Assembly: GCA_963666835.2 (NCBI GenBank)
Contig: CAXXGO010000001.1
Location: 1,312,001-1,376,000, forward strand
DNA length: 64,000 bases
Direction of reading: 5' to 3'
DNA from: Phycisphaerae bacterium
Lineage (GTDB): Bacteria > Planctomycetota > Phycisphaerae > UBA1845
The notes under the pieces were generated by a model. The model was not told the origin of the DNA, searched no databases, and saw only the letters and a program-made list of their open reading frames with translations. Shown piece after piece: positions 18,560-28,273 of the stretch; positions within the stretch are counted from its first letter, which is position 1; each line of letters begins with the position of its first letter. A program made the translations under genes and the position numbers.

Positions 18560-19609
18560 TTATGTGCGTCCGAGCCGGCGTAGGGCGGAGTCCAGCAGCG
18601 CGGCCGACAGAATCACCAGCCCGAGCACGACCTTCTGCCAGAAGTGCTCGACGTGCAGCAGGTTGAGGCTGTTGTTGAGCACCCCGATAATCAGTGCTCC
18701 GACCAGCGTTCCCGGAATGCTCCCGCGTCCGCCGAACAGGCTTGTCCCCCCGACCACGACCGCCGCGATCACGTTCAGCTCCCACATTTCCCCGATCTTC
18801 GGATCTGCGGCCATTAGTTTGGCATCATGAAGAACTCCGACGATTCCGCATAGCGCTCCGGTAAGGACGTACACCGCCAGCTTGGTACGTCGAACCGCTA
18901 TTCCCGCTAGGCGCGCGGCCTCCTCGTTGCTGCCCACCGCAATGACCCCACGCCCGAATACCGTGCGCGCCAGCAGAATATGAAAGAACCCGAACCCGAC
19001 CAGCATAACCAACACCGGCACCGGCAGGACCCGGCCGAGCGTGCCTTCCAGCACGAACCCCCGCCCCAGAACCAGCAGTTCTTCCGGAAGCTCGTAGACC
19101 GGTTGTCCGCCGCAGGCGATGAACGCGAAACCTCGCGCGATGAGCATGGCTGCAAGGGTCACGATGAACGGCGGGACCGAGAAGCGCGTGACCACGGTAC
19201 CCGATACGGTCCCGACCACGGCTCCCACCCCGAATCCGGTCGCCAACCCCGCTCCGATACACAGCGGAGCCGACAGCTCCAGCGTCGCCCGCATCACCAC
19301 CGCGGCTACCACGCCCGTCAGGGCTACGAGCGATCCCACCGACAGGTCGATCCCCCCGGTGACAATCACCAGCGTCATTCCGAACGCAATCAGCGCTTCG
19401 AAGGAAATCTGACGGGCGACATTGATCAGATTAGCCGGCTGGGCGAAGACCCCGTCGGTCAGGATAGTCACCGCAATAATCAACAGCGCCAACACGATCG
19501 GCATACGCAGAACAACGACCCCGTGCACAATTGCCGAGCCTTGACCGGGGCGGCTGGATTCCACCGACAGTGCCGTCTCCGCGACAGACTTGGCGTTGTT
19601 CTTATTCAC
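18560..19609 (-). CDS. Monosaccharide ABC transporter permease (RbsC-like)
   Basis: GIDLSVGS, GSNEEAARLAGI and IAAVVVGGTSLFGGRG. Confidence 0.93.
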   Translation of the reverse strand: MNKNNAKSVAETALSVESSRPGQGSAIVHGVVVLRMPIVLALLIIAVTILTDGVFAQPANLINVARQISFEALIAFGMTLVIVTGGIDLSVGSLVALTGVVAAVVMRATLELSAPLCIGAGLATGFGVGAVVGTVSGTVVTRFSVPPFIVTLAAMLIARGFAFIACGGQPVYELPEELLVLGRGFVLEGTLGRVLPVPVLVMLVGFGFFHILLARTVFGRGVIAVGSNEEAARLAGIAVRRTKLAVYVLTGALCGIVGVLHDAKLMAADPKIGEMWELNVIAAVVVGGTSLFGGRGSIPGTLVGALIIGVLNNSLNLLHVEHFWQKVVLGLVILSAALLDSALRRLGRT

Positions 19610-21162
19610 CTGTCGTCATCCTCTCCTGCGGCCAGACGCATGATTTGCTCCTGCGTTACGTTTCGGCGTCGGTTGTCCAAGATGCCGGCCAATCGGCGGC
19701 GCGGAGGCCGTCCACTCTCTTCGTGCATCACGCCAATCCGGTCGGCCATGCCGATTACCTCCGGCAGCTCCGACGAGACCATTACAACTGCTGCTCCCTC
19801 GTTGACCAGGCGGTTGATCAGCATGTAGATCTCGTACTTCGCTCCCACGTCCACCCCGCGGGTGGGCTCATCAAAAAGGACCACGCGGTGTGCCCGCGAC
19901 ATCCAACGGGCCAGCAACACTTTCTGCTGATTTCCCCCGCTGAGCGTCTCTACCAGCACTTCTGTATCCACCGCTTTTATTCGCAGGTCATCGATCAGAC
20001 CGCGCGCCAGCTCCCGCTCGCGCCCGGTCAGCAGGAACCCGCCCACGGCCGCCGCGTGGCGATCGGCCAGGGTGAGATTCTCCCGCAGACTCCTTCCTAG
20101 TAACAAACCCTCGAGCTTGCGATCCTCGGGCAGCATTACTACTCCGGCGGCGATGGCTTCTCGCGGGCTCTTGAAAGGACCGCATGAAGGCGGGGTCGTA
20201 CCGGTGTCGTTTAAGACGCTCACCGACCCGGATGTGGCGCGGACCGCGCCGAAGAGCGTCTTGACCACGGAGGTCCGTCCGGAACCTACCAGGCCGGTCA
20301 GCGCCAGCACCTCCCCGGCCCGCACGTCGAAACTCACGTCAGTGAAACGAGGGTATGCTGACAGGTTTCTGACATCCAACACGACGTCGCCGAGGTCGTT
20401 CGATCGGGCAGGAAACTCGTCCTTAAGCTCTCGTCCGACCATTTCTGCAATCAGGCTCTCCCGCCTCACTTCCGCGATCGGCCGGGTGGAGATTCGCCGA
20501 CCGTCCCGCAATACGGTGACGGTATCCGCAATGTCGAACACTTCGTCCAGCCGGTGGCTGATGTAGATGACACTTACCCCGCGCCGCTTCAGATCTCGCA
20601 CCAGCGTAAACAACGTATCCAGCTCGTGCGCGGTCAGCACCGCGGAGGGCTCATCGAGGATCAGCAAATGTGCGTTCAGCGACAAGGCCTTGGCAATCTC
20701 CACCATCTGCTGCTGGGCCACCGTCAGAGTCCCAACCGACCGGCGAACGGGCAGGTCAATCCGCAGCAGAGCCAACAACTTCTCCGCCTGTTTGTGCAAC
20801 GCTCGAAAGTCAACGCAGCCGGTGAGCGGTGTGCGAGGCCAACGTCCCAGAAAGATGTTCTCGCTTACGCCCAGGTCAGGGACCAGGTTGAACTCCTGAT
20901 ACACGATTGCGATGCCGTTCCGCCGGGCCGCGCGGGCGTCGGGTATCGTCACCGGCAGTCCATCAATTGCTATCGTGCCGCTATCCGCCCGCACCGCTCC
21001 GGACAGGACCTTCATCAGCGTGCTCTTGCCGGCCCCGTTCTCGCCGACGACTGCGTGGATACTCCCGGCGGCAACGGTAACGCTCACGTCATCGAGGGCC
21101 AGCACGCCGGGGAAGACTTTGCGGATTCCCGCGCAGTGCAAACGCGGTGCGGTGGTCCCCAT
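19606..21162 (-). CDS. Monosaccharide ABC transporter ATPase (RbsA-like)
   Basis: GENGAGKST, LSGGNQQKV and DEPTRGVDVGAK. Confidence 0.95.
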   Translation of the reverse strand: MGTTAPRLHCAGIRKVFPGVLALDDVSVTVAAGSIHAVVGENGAGKSTLMKVLSGAVRADSGTIAIDGLPVTIPDARAARRNGIAIVYQEFNLVPDLGVSENIFLGRWPRTPLTGCVDFRALHKQAEKLLALLRIDLPVRRSVGTLTVAQQQMVEIAKALSLNAHLLILDEPSAVLTAHELDTLFTLVRDLKRRGVSVIYISHRLDEVFDIADTVTVLRDGRRISTRPIAEVRRESLIAEMVGRELKDEFPARSNDLGDVVLDVRNLSAYPRFTDVSFDVRAGEVLALTGLVGSGRTSVVKTLFGAVRATSGSVSVLNDTGTTPPSCGPFKSPREAIAAGVVMLPEDRKLEGLLLGRSLRENLTLADRHAAAVGGFLLTGRERELARGLIDDLRIKAVDTEVLVETLSGGNQQKVLLARWMSRAHRVVLFDEPTRGVDVGAKYEIYMLINRLVNEGAAVVMVSSELPEVIGMADRIGVMHEESGRPPRRRLAGILDNRRRNVTQEQIMRLAAGEDDDR

Positions 21163-21165
21163 GGG

Positions 21166-22170
21166 TTACTTCGACTCCCGCGTGAACGTGCCGACCTCAA
21201 CCGGAATCACCGCCGGAACGGTCTTCCCGTTGAAGACGTCGTGAATCGTCTGAACGGTGAGCACTCCGATGCGCTTGGGGTTCTGGATCACATCGCCGAA
21301 GATAGCCCCGGTTTTGATCTTCTCGCGTGCCTCCTCAGTGGCATCATACCCCACGATTCGAACCTGCCCGAGTTTGCCGGCCGCTTCCACCGCGGCCAGA
21401 GCCCCCAGGGCCGAGTCGTCGTTGATGGCGAAGATACCGGTCAGCTCCGGATGCGATTGCAGAAGGTCCTCGGTGACCTTGACCGCCCGGTCCCGCTTGC
21501 CTTCGGTAGATAGCTCGGCCACGATGCGAATGTCGGGACGCTGCGCCAGCCCCTCCTTGAACCCGGCCACCCGATCCATCACGCTCGTTACCTCCGGATG
21601 GGAGAGGATCGCCACCTGGCCGACACCTTCCAAGGCGGTAGTCAGCAGTTCGGCCGCCTCACGTCCGCCCTGGCGATTGTCCGAAGCGATATGCGCCACC
21701 ACCTCGCCCAACGGAGACGTGCTTGCGATGTCGGCCGTGAAGACCGGAATCCCCGCTTCGTTTGCCTGCACGATACTCGCGCCGACGCTCCGCGAATCGC
21801 ACGGACAGAGCACTATGGCATCCACCTTCTGGACGATGAACTCGTCGACCTGGTCGGCCTGTCTGGCAGAGTCGAATTCGGCCGTCGTGGTCAAAAGCTC
21901 ATACCCGAATTGCTCCGCCTCCTCCCGCAGACCGGCTCGCAGATCCTGGTAGAACTGATGCTGGACGGTGAGCAGGGTAACGCCGATACGTTTGGATTGC
22001 CGCGCCGCTTTAGCCGACTCCCTTTCCGCATCCGGCGTCGCCTCCCGCCGGCAGCCGGAAGTTACGCAGAGGGCCAGCAGCAGAATCGACAGCCACCTCC
22101 TCGCACTCACGCCGCCTGTGGTTGACGTCTTTGGGCTGCAGGCTAGATTGGTTTGCTGTGTCGAATGCAT
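21166..22170 (-). CDS. Sugar-binding lipoprotein (RbsB-like)
   Basis: Lipobox TSGC; IASDNRQGG and FAINDDSALGA. Confidence 0.9.
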   Translation of the reverse strand: MHSTQQTNLACSPKTSTTGGVSARRWLSILLLALCVTSGCRREATPDAERESAKAARQSKRIGVTLLTVQHQFYQDLRAGLREEAEQFGYELLTTTAEFDSARQADQVDEFIVQKVDAIVLCPCDSRSVGASIVQANEAGIPVFTADIASTSPLGEVVAHIASDNRQGGREAAELLTTALEGVGQVAILSHPEVTSVMDRVAGFKEGLAQRPDIRIVAELSTEGKRDRAVKVTEDLLQSHPELTGIFAINDDSALGALAAVEAAGKLGQVRIVGYDATEEAREKIKTGAIFGDVIQNPKRIGVLTVQTIHDVFNGKTVPAVIPVEVGTFTRESK

Positions 22171-22315
22171 GAGATCTTCCCTTGTCCTGAGCGCGCGTCG
22201 CGGGTCAACCCCGGCGCTTACGGCTAATCGGATACACTTCCGCACGCCAAGCCTCAAAGGATACCGGAAAACCGCGCACGGGCACAGTTAACCGAACCCT
22301 CAACGAGGAATCACC

Positions 22316-25300
22316 ATGCGTATTGCGAGATTGATCACCGCGATGTCGGCCCTGGGCGTCCTGTCGCTGTCGGGCTCGGCGGCACACGGTGAGAGGACGC
22401 CTCAAACGGGCACGAAACCCGTTCTCTACGTCACCGCCACCGCTCATCTGGACACCCAATGGCTCTGGACGATCCAGACCACGATCGACGAGTACCTCCC
22501 CGCCACGCTGCGCGATAATTTCGCCCTGTTCGAGAAGTACCCGGACTACACGTTCAGCTTCGAGGGAGCGTTTCGCTACATGCTGGCCAAGGAGTACTAT
22601 CCAGAGGACTACGCCAGACTATCGGACTACATCGCCCAAGGCCGCTGGTGCGTTTGCGGCAGTTCGATCGTCGCCGGAGACGTCAACGTTCCCGCCCCGG
22701 AGTCGCTGATCCGCCAAGTGCTCTACGGCAACGACTTCTTCGAGCGCGAGTTTGGGCGAAGAAGCTGCGACATCTACCTGCCCGACTGTTTCGGATTCGG
22801 ATACGCTCTGCCATCGGTGGCCGCCCACTGCGGGCTCAAGGGCTTCTCCACGCAGAAGCTCACGTGGGGCTCATCCGTCGGCATTCCGTTCAACGTGGGT
22901 GTTTGGGAAGGCATCGACGGCTCCTCCATTCTGGCCGCGATCAACCCCGGCGAGTACGTGGCGAAAGTCCGCAGCGATCTGAGCGTGGATGAAGAGTGGC
23001 TGGCGCGAATCAACAAGAACGGGGAGCAGTCCGGGGCTTTCGTGGATTACAAGTACTTCGGGGTCGGTGACCGAGGCGGAGCCCCTGACGAGGAGTCCGT
23101 GCAGTGGATCGAGAAGGCTATTGCCGGTGACGGACCTATCCGGGTTGTAAACTTGCCCGCCGATCGGATCTTCCACGATCTGACCGCGGACCAGATCGAC
23201 CGACTGCCCCGATACGACGGCGAGCTGCTCATGACTCGCCACGGCATCGGCTGCTACACCTCACAATGCGCGATGAAACGGTGGAACCGTAAGAACGAGC
23301 TGCTGGCGGACGCCGCGGAACGGGCGGCGGTGGCAGCCGATTGGCTGGGCGGATTGGCTTATCCGCGTCAGCGACTTACCGAAGCCTGGATTCGTTTCCT
23401 GTGGCACCAGTTCCACGACGACCTGACCGGCACGAGCATCCCGCATGCCTACCAGTTTTCGTGGAACGACGAGATCATTGCCCTCAACCAGTTCGCAGCC
23501 GTGTTGACCGATTCGGTCGGGACGATCGCCCGGGCGCTGGACACGCGAGTTAAGGGCATTCCGGTGATCGTATTCAATCCGCTGGCGTTCGAGCGCGAGG
23601 ATGTGGTCCGCGCCACGGTCCGCTTTCCGAACGGCGCCCCGGCATTCGTGGACGTTTACGATACCAACGGGCGGCGCATTCCGTCGCAGGTCCTGTTGGT
23701 CGAAGACCGGAACGTGGAGATGCTCTTTCGAGCTCGCGTGCCTTCGGTCGGGTTTGCGGTTTTCGATGTCCGTCCCGCCCAACCATCGCTCCCTGCGCCA
23801 GCCACTGAGCCGGTTACGGCCACGAAGTTCGGTCTGGAGAACGGGCGGTACCGTGTCAGCCTGAACCCCGACGGAGACGTAGCCGGCATCTACGACAAGA
23901 AGCTCGGGCGAGAGTTGCTCTTGGGGCCCGCTCGATTGCAGTTTCTTCAGGATACGCCTGCCCAGTGGTCTGAATGGGAGATCGATCTTGATGACATCAG
24001 CGCCGAGCCGTACGCCCATGCCGCCGGTCCTGCACAGATCAGCGTGATTGAAGAGGGTCCCATACGCGCGGCCGTCAAGGTTGCTCGCCGGATCGCCGGT
24101 TCGACAGTCATACAACGGATCAGTCTCGCCTCGGGCAGGGCCGGTGATCATATCGAGTTCGACACGGTTATCGATTGGCAGACTCCCAAGACCCTGCTGA
24201 AAGCGTCCTTCCCGCTGGGGGCCTCGAACCTCAATGCCACTTATGACCTGGGCTTTGGAGCGATCGAACGCCCGAATAACAGCGAGAAGAAGTACGAAGT
24301 TCCCGCTCAACAGTGGGCGGACATTACCGCTTCCGACGGGTCTTTCGGCGTGACGATTGCCAACGACTGCAAGTACGGCTGGGACAAGCCGGCGGACAAC
24401 CTGCTACGCCTGACGTTGATCCACAGCCCCAACGACGTCGAAAAGGACATGGGTAGGCACCGCGTACTCTACTCGATAGCCGGGCACGCCGCCGACTGGC
24501 GCGCCGGTAACGCCATCCGACAGGCGGCTCGGATCAATCAACCCCTGATGGCCTTCCAGACGAGTCCCCACCGCGGATCTCTCGAGTCGTCCTTCTCGCT
24601 CCTGAGCGTCGATAGCCCTCAAGTAGTCGTCCGCGCGATCAAGAAAGCCGAGCATGGTGAAGAAGTGATAATCCGCGTGCAGGAAGCTCATGGGAAGAGC
24701 GCGCGAAATGTCGCGGTGAGCATGGCGACTCCGATCTTGGCGGCTCGAGAGGTAAACGGCGCGGAGCAGCTCCGGGGCGATTTTGCGGTGCAACAGGGCA
24801 GGCTTCGACTCGACTTCGAGCCGTTCCAGCCACGTACGCTGGCGGTGACTCTGACGCCTCCCGATGCGGTTGTGCCTCCTCCGGCAGCGCAGCCGGTTAT
24901 TCTGCCGTATGATCGCGATGTCGTTAGCAGCGACCGGGACCGCGCTGATGGTGACTTCGACGGTGCAGGGCACTCGCTACCGGCGGAGCTGCTCCCGGCC
25001 ACGATCCATCACGGCGGCATTCAGTTTGCCATGGGCCCGACCGCAACCGGTAAGAAGAACGCCGTGACCTGCCGCGGACAGAGCATCGCTCTTCCGGATG
25101 GAGACTATGACCGCTTATACGTCCTGGCTTCCGCTCAGAACGGTCCCGCCGCCGGCGAGTTCGCCGTTGGTAGCGAGGTTGAGGAGATTGTCGTTGCCGA
25201 TTTCACGTCATGGGTAGGGCAATCCGACAGCCTGATCGTGGACGGGAAGGAGGTCGAGGCCGCCCGGATGGCTCCGGCTTTCATCCACCGAGATGAAATC

Positions 25301-26215
25301 GCGTGGGTCGGCACTCATCGGCACGACGGCCCGACCGATCGCAACGAGCCGTACGTGTTCTGTTATCTGTTCCAATACGGGATCGACCTTCCTGCAGGTG
25401 CCAAGTCCGTAACACTTCCGGACAACGATCGTATCCGGATTATGGCAATGACCGTTGCGGACAACCCCAATGACGACACGGAGCCTGCCCAATACCTGTA
25501 CGATCATGTGGACGCCGTATTCATCGACCCGCCGGGCGGGCTGCACATTGACCCCGTGTCGGTAGACCTTTCCACGGATGCCCGCGGCGCCGACGTCGTG
25601 TTCACTTTGGACGGGAGCGAACCGACGGCGAAATCCGTCCGGTTCACGACTCCGATCCGTTTGACAAAGACCACGACGATAGCGGCTCGAACGCTGAGGA
25701 ACGGTCGACTTGGGGACTTCGTCCGCCACGCTACGTTTGTGTTCGCCGAGCCGCGCCCACCGGAACCTGTGCAGGATCTGCGACCCGGACTGTGCTACCG
25801 TTATTACGAAGGCGAGTGGAAACAGGTTTCCGGTTTCGAGACTGCCACGCCGGTTAAGTTCGGCACGGTCGACACGTTCGATGTTTCGCCGCGGCAGACC
25901 GACGAGCGGTACGGTTTCACCATCGAGGGGCTCGTCCGGGTGCCGAGCGAAGCGGTGTATACCTTCTGCACCGCCAGCGACGACGGCAGCACGTTATCCA
26001 TCGGTGGTGAGCTCGTGGTAGACAACGACGGCCTGCACGGTGAACGCGAGCGCTGCGGGGTAATCGCCTTACAGCCCGGCCTCCATCCCATCCGCGTCGA
26101 TTACTTTGAACTCACCGGTGACGACGTCCTTCACGTGCGTTACTTCGCACCGGGCATCGCCAAACAACCGATTCCCGCGGAGGTTCTGTTCCACGCGGCG
26201 CCTATCGGAGAATGA
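22316..26215 (+). CDS. Secreted GH38 alpha-mannosidase with C-terminal chitobiase/FN3-like and PA14 domains
   Basis: AHLDTQWLW, YLPDCFGF, QFHDDLTGTS; FTLDGSEPT; SDDGS...DNDGLH. Confidence 0.9.
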   Translation: MRIARLITAMSALGVLSLSGSAAHGERTPQTGTKPVLYVTATAHLDTQWLWTIQTTIDEYLPATLRDNFALFEKYPDYTFSFEGAFRYMLAKEYYPEDYARLSDYIAQGRWCVCGSSIVAGDVNVPAPESLIRQVLYGNDFFEREFGRRSCDIYLPDCFGFGYALPSVAAHCGLKGFSTQKLTWGSSVGIPFNVGVWEGIDGSSILAAINPGEYVAKVRSDLSVDEEWLARINKNGEQSGAFVDYKYFGVGDRGGAPDEESVQWIEKAIAGDGPIRVVNLPADRIFHDLTADQIDRLPRYDGELLMTRHGIGCYTSQCAMKRWNRKNELLADAAERAAVAADWLGGLAYPRQRLTEAWIRFLWHQFHDDLTGTSIPHAYQFSWNDEIIALNQFAAVLTDSVGTIARALDTRVKGIPVIVFNPLAFEREDVVRATVRFPNGAPAFVDVYDTNGRRIPSQVLLVEDRNVEMLFRARVPSVGFAVFDVRPAQPSLPAPATEPVTATKFGLENGRYRVSLNPDGDVAGIYDKKLGRELLLGPARLQFLQDTPAQWSEWEIDLDDISAEPYAHAAGPAQISVIEEGPIRAAVKVARRIAGSTVIQRISLASGRAGDHIEFDTVIDWQTPKTLLKASFPLGASNLNATYDLGFGAIERPNNSEKKYEVPAQQWADITASDGSFGVTIANDCKYGWDKPADNLLRLTLIHSPNDVEKDMGRHRVLYSIAGHAADWRAGNAIRQAARINQPLMAFQTSPHRGSLESSFSLLSVDSPQVVVRAIKKAEHGEEVIIRVQEAHGKSARNVAVSMATPILAAREVNGAEQLRGDFAVQQGRLRLDFEPFQPRTLAVTLTPPDAVVPPPAAQPVILPYDRDVVSSDRDRADGDFDGAGHSLPAELLPATIHHGGIQFAMGPTATGKKNAVTCRGQSIALPDGDYDRLYVLASAQNGPAAGEFAVGSEVEEIVVADFTSWVGQSDSLIVDGKEVEAARMAPAFIHRDEIAWVGTHRHDGPTDRNEPYVFCYLFQYGIDLPAGAKSVTLPDNDRIRIMAMTVADNPNDDTEPAQYLYDHVDAVFIDPPGGLHIDPVSVDLSTDARGADVVFTLDGSEPTAKSVRFTTPIRLTKTTTIAARTLRNGRLGDFVRHATFVFAEPRPPEPVQDLRPGLCYRYYEGEWKQVSGFETATPVKFGTVDTFDVSPRQTDERYGFTIEGLVRVPSEAVYTFCTASDDGSTLSIGGELVVDNDGLHGERERCGVIALQPGLHPIRVDYFELTGDDVLHVRYFAPGIAKQPIPAEVLFHAAPIGE

Positions 26216-26450
26216 CGGCCGGGTGGCCCGGGTCCTCTTGAATCTGGCGCGTGTTTCGATCTATGGAGGAGCATCGGAGTAGAACACATCGGCCCCGGGG
26301 GAGCCGATGATCCGCGCTTCCGCGACCGCCGCGGTAATGTCATCGCCGACATCTGCTATCACGCGATACGCGTTATTGCGGCAGGTCTCGTGCCTCGACC
26401 TGCCCTACAGCGGATGACGCATTTGTGGCATACCCCCACATGATTTCGTA

Positions 26451-27713
26451 TTACGGTTCCTCACCGATTCCCACGCGGCGCATGAGTGGTTTCATTGTTA
26501 CTCCCTGCACCACGAGGGAGAAGAACACGCAGCCGAAGCCCGCCAAAAGCAGCGCGGGACGGTATTCGATCAGCGGGCAATCCGGCGGGAGGTCGGCGGC
26601 CACCGGAATGTGCAACAACAATGCAATCGGGATCGATCCACGAAGACCGCCCCAAAAAAGTATGTGCTTCCACGGCTTGGGCCGCCGGCGTCCCACTTGG
26701 TTGAGTCCCCAGTAGAACGTGTATGTAACAAACGCCCGGCCGACCAACATCGCGGCGATTGCTACGACCACCAGCCGCCAGGGATGGACGGGAATCGATT
26801 CGGGAATCTCGCGCAGCTCCAAACCGATCAGGATGAACAGCAGCGAGTTGATAAGAAAGTCGATCGACTCGAAAAAGGTCTCAACCGTTTCGATCGTCTT
26901 CGGGCTCATCGATAACCGCCGCCCGTAGTTCCCGATCAACAGACCGGCCATCACGGCTGCGATGACGCCGGAGAAGTGCAGCACCTCGGCAAGCCAGAAC
27001 GCCCCATAGGCAAGCGCCAGGCAAATCGCGTTTTCCAGCAGATGGTCATCCAATCGCCGCAGGATCGTGAACGCCGCCATCCCCAAGGCGCTGCCCAACA
27101 GTAACCCTCCGGCCGACACCCACACGAACTCGAAAGCCGCGGTTCCCAAGCTGAGCCCCTGGCCGTGTACGACCGCCTCCAGAAGAATTGTGAACAGCAC
27201 CACACCGGTGGCATCGTTGAATAGCGATTCCCCCTCGACCAGAGTCCGCAAGTCGTCCGGAGCTTTCGCTACCTTAAACAGCGCCAGAACGCTCACCGGA
27301 TCGGTAGGAGAGATCAGTGCCCCGAAGAGCATCGCGGTCAACATCGACCCGATCCCCCCGAGCCAACCGACTACGCCCCCGACCAATAGCGTCGAGACGA
27401 TTACGCCGGGTACCGCAAAGCACACGATCGGCCACAAGTGCTTCATGAGGCGATCCAGGTCCATGTGCATGGCGCCGTGGAAGAGCAGCGGCGGAAGGAA
27501 GACGAAGAAGATCAGCTCAGTACTGAACCCGGTCTCTGTCAGATTCGGTCCGAGATGTAGGACTCCGATGGCCAGCCCGACCACCGTAAGGAATATCGAA
27601 TACGGCAGGTGCGTGATCAGTTTCGAGGCGATACAGACCACACAGGCCAGAAGCAGCAGGCCGATGTAAATGCCCACCGCGTGCTCGATGGCGTGTTCCA
27701 TGACGACGGTCAC
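26451..27713 (-). CDS. CPA1 cation/H+ antiporter (NhaP-like)
   Basis: PTDPVSV, EGESLFNDA and WGGLRG. Confidence 0.92.
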   Translation of the reverse strand: MTVVMEHAIEHAVGIYIGLLLLACVVCIASKLITHLPYSIFLTVVGLAIGVLHLGPNLTETGFSTELIFFVFLPPLLFHGAMHMDLDRLMKHLWPIVCFAVPGVIVSTLLVGGVVGWLGGIGSMLTAMLFGALISPTDPVSVLALFKVAKAPDDLRTLVEGESLFNDATGVVLFTILLEAVVHGQGLSLGTAAFEFVWVSAGGLLLGSALGMAAFTILRRLDDHLLENAICLALAYGAFWLAEVLHFSGVIAAVMAGLLIGNYGRRLSMSPKTIETVETFFESIDFLINSLLFILIGLELREIPESIPVHPWRLVVVAIAAMLVGRAFVTYTFYWGLNQVGRRRPKPWKHILFWGGLRGSIPIALLLHIPVAADLPPDCPLIEYRPALLLAGFGCVFFSLVVQGVTMKPLMRRVGIGEEP

Positions 27714-28273
27714 CTCCCTGTTTCCCAGACACAGGTCCCTACTGCTCGGAGCCGGCGGTGACGGTAACGGACATCGGCCACGAAACCAAGCACCGGGTGG
27801 GCGCGTACCGTATCAACTTTCGGTCCTATAAGTACGGTGACACTGTTGGGATCGGTGGTCCCCGGCGAATTCACAGAAAAACACAAAACATTTTGATTTG
27901 GGCGCGCGAATCCCCCCTTAGATTTCGGATTAACCCGGGGTGAGTAGATGTCATGGTGTCCCCCGCGGTCTCCGCTGACTCGCAGTTGGGGTGTTTGCTC
28001 AGTACAACCGCGTTGCGTTGGAATCGCCTCCGCCGGGCGCGCCTGACCCGGAGGTGGCAAAGACGGTTCCGATCGCTCCCGCGTGGTTGTCTTCAGACAT
28101 CCGTTATTCGTAGCGAGAAAGCTCCGCCCAGCTATCGGTGGAGACCCGGGGGTTGCTTTTGCGCGCTGCCGAGCGGGCTCCGCTCGGGCGGCCGCCTCGC
28201 CTCCATTTCGACGCCGTACTCGGCGTAGCACTGTTTCCGGGCTTGGTCTTTGACTAACCGAGGATTAGACGCG

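Noticed and set aside
27714..28260. Riboswitch upstream of the antiporter (c-di-GMP, c-di-AMP or Na+ type)
   Set aside because: Only partial resemblance on the minus strand near 28125-28165; cannot be supported without an Rfam search
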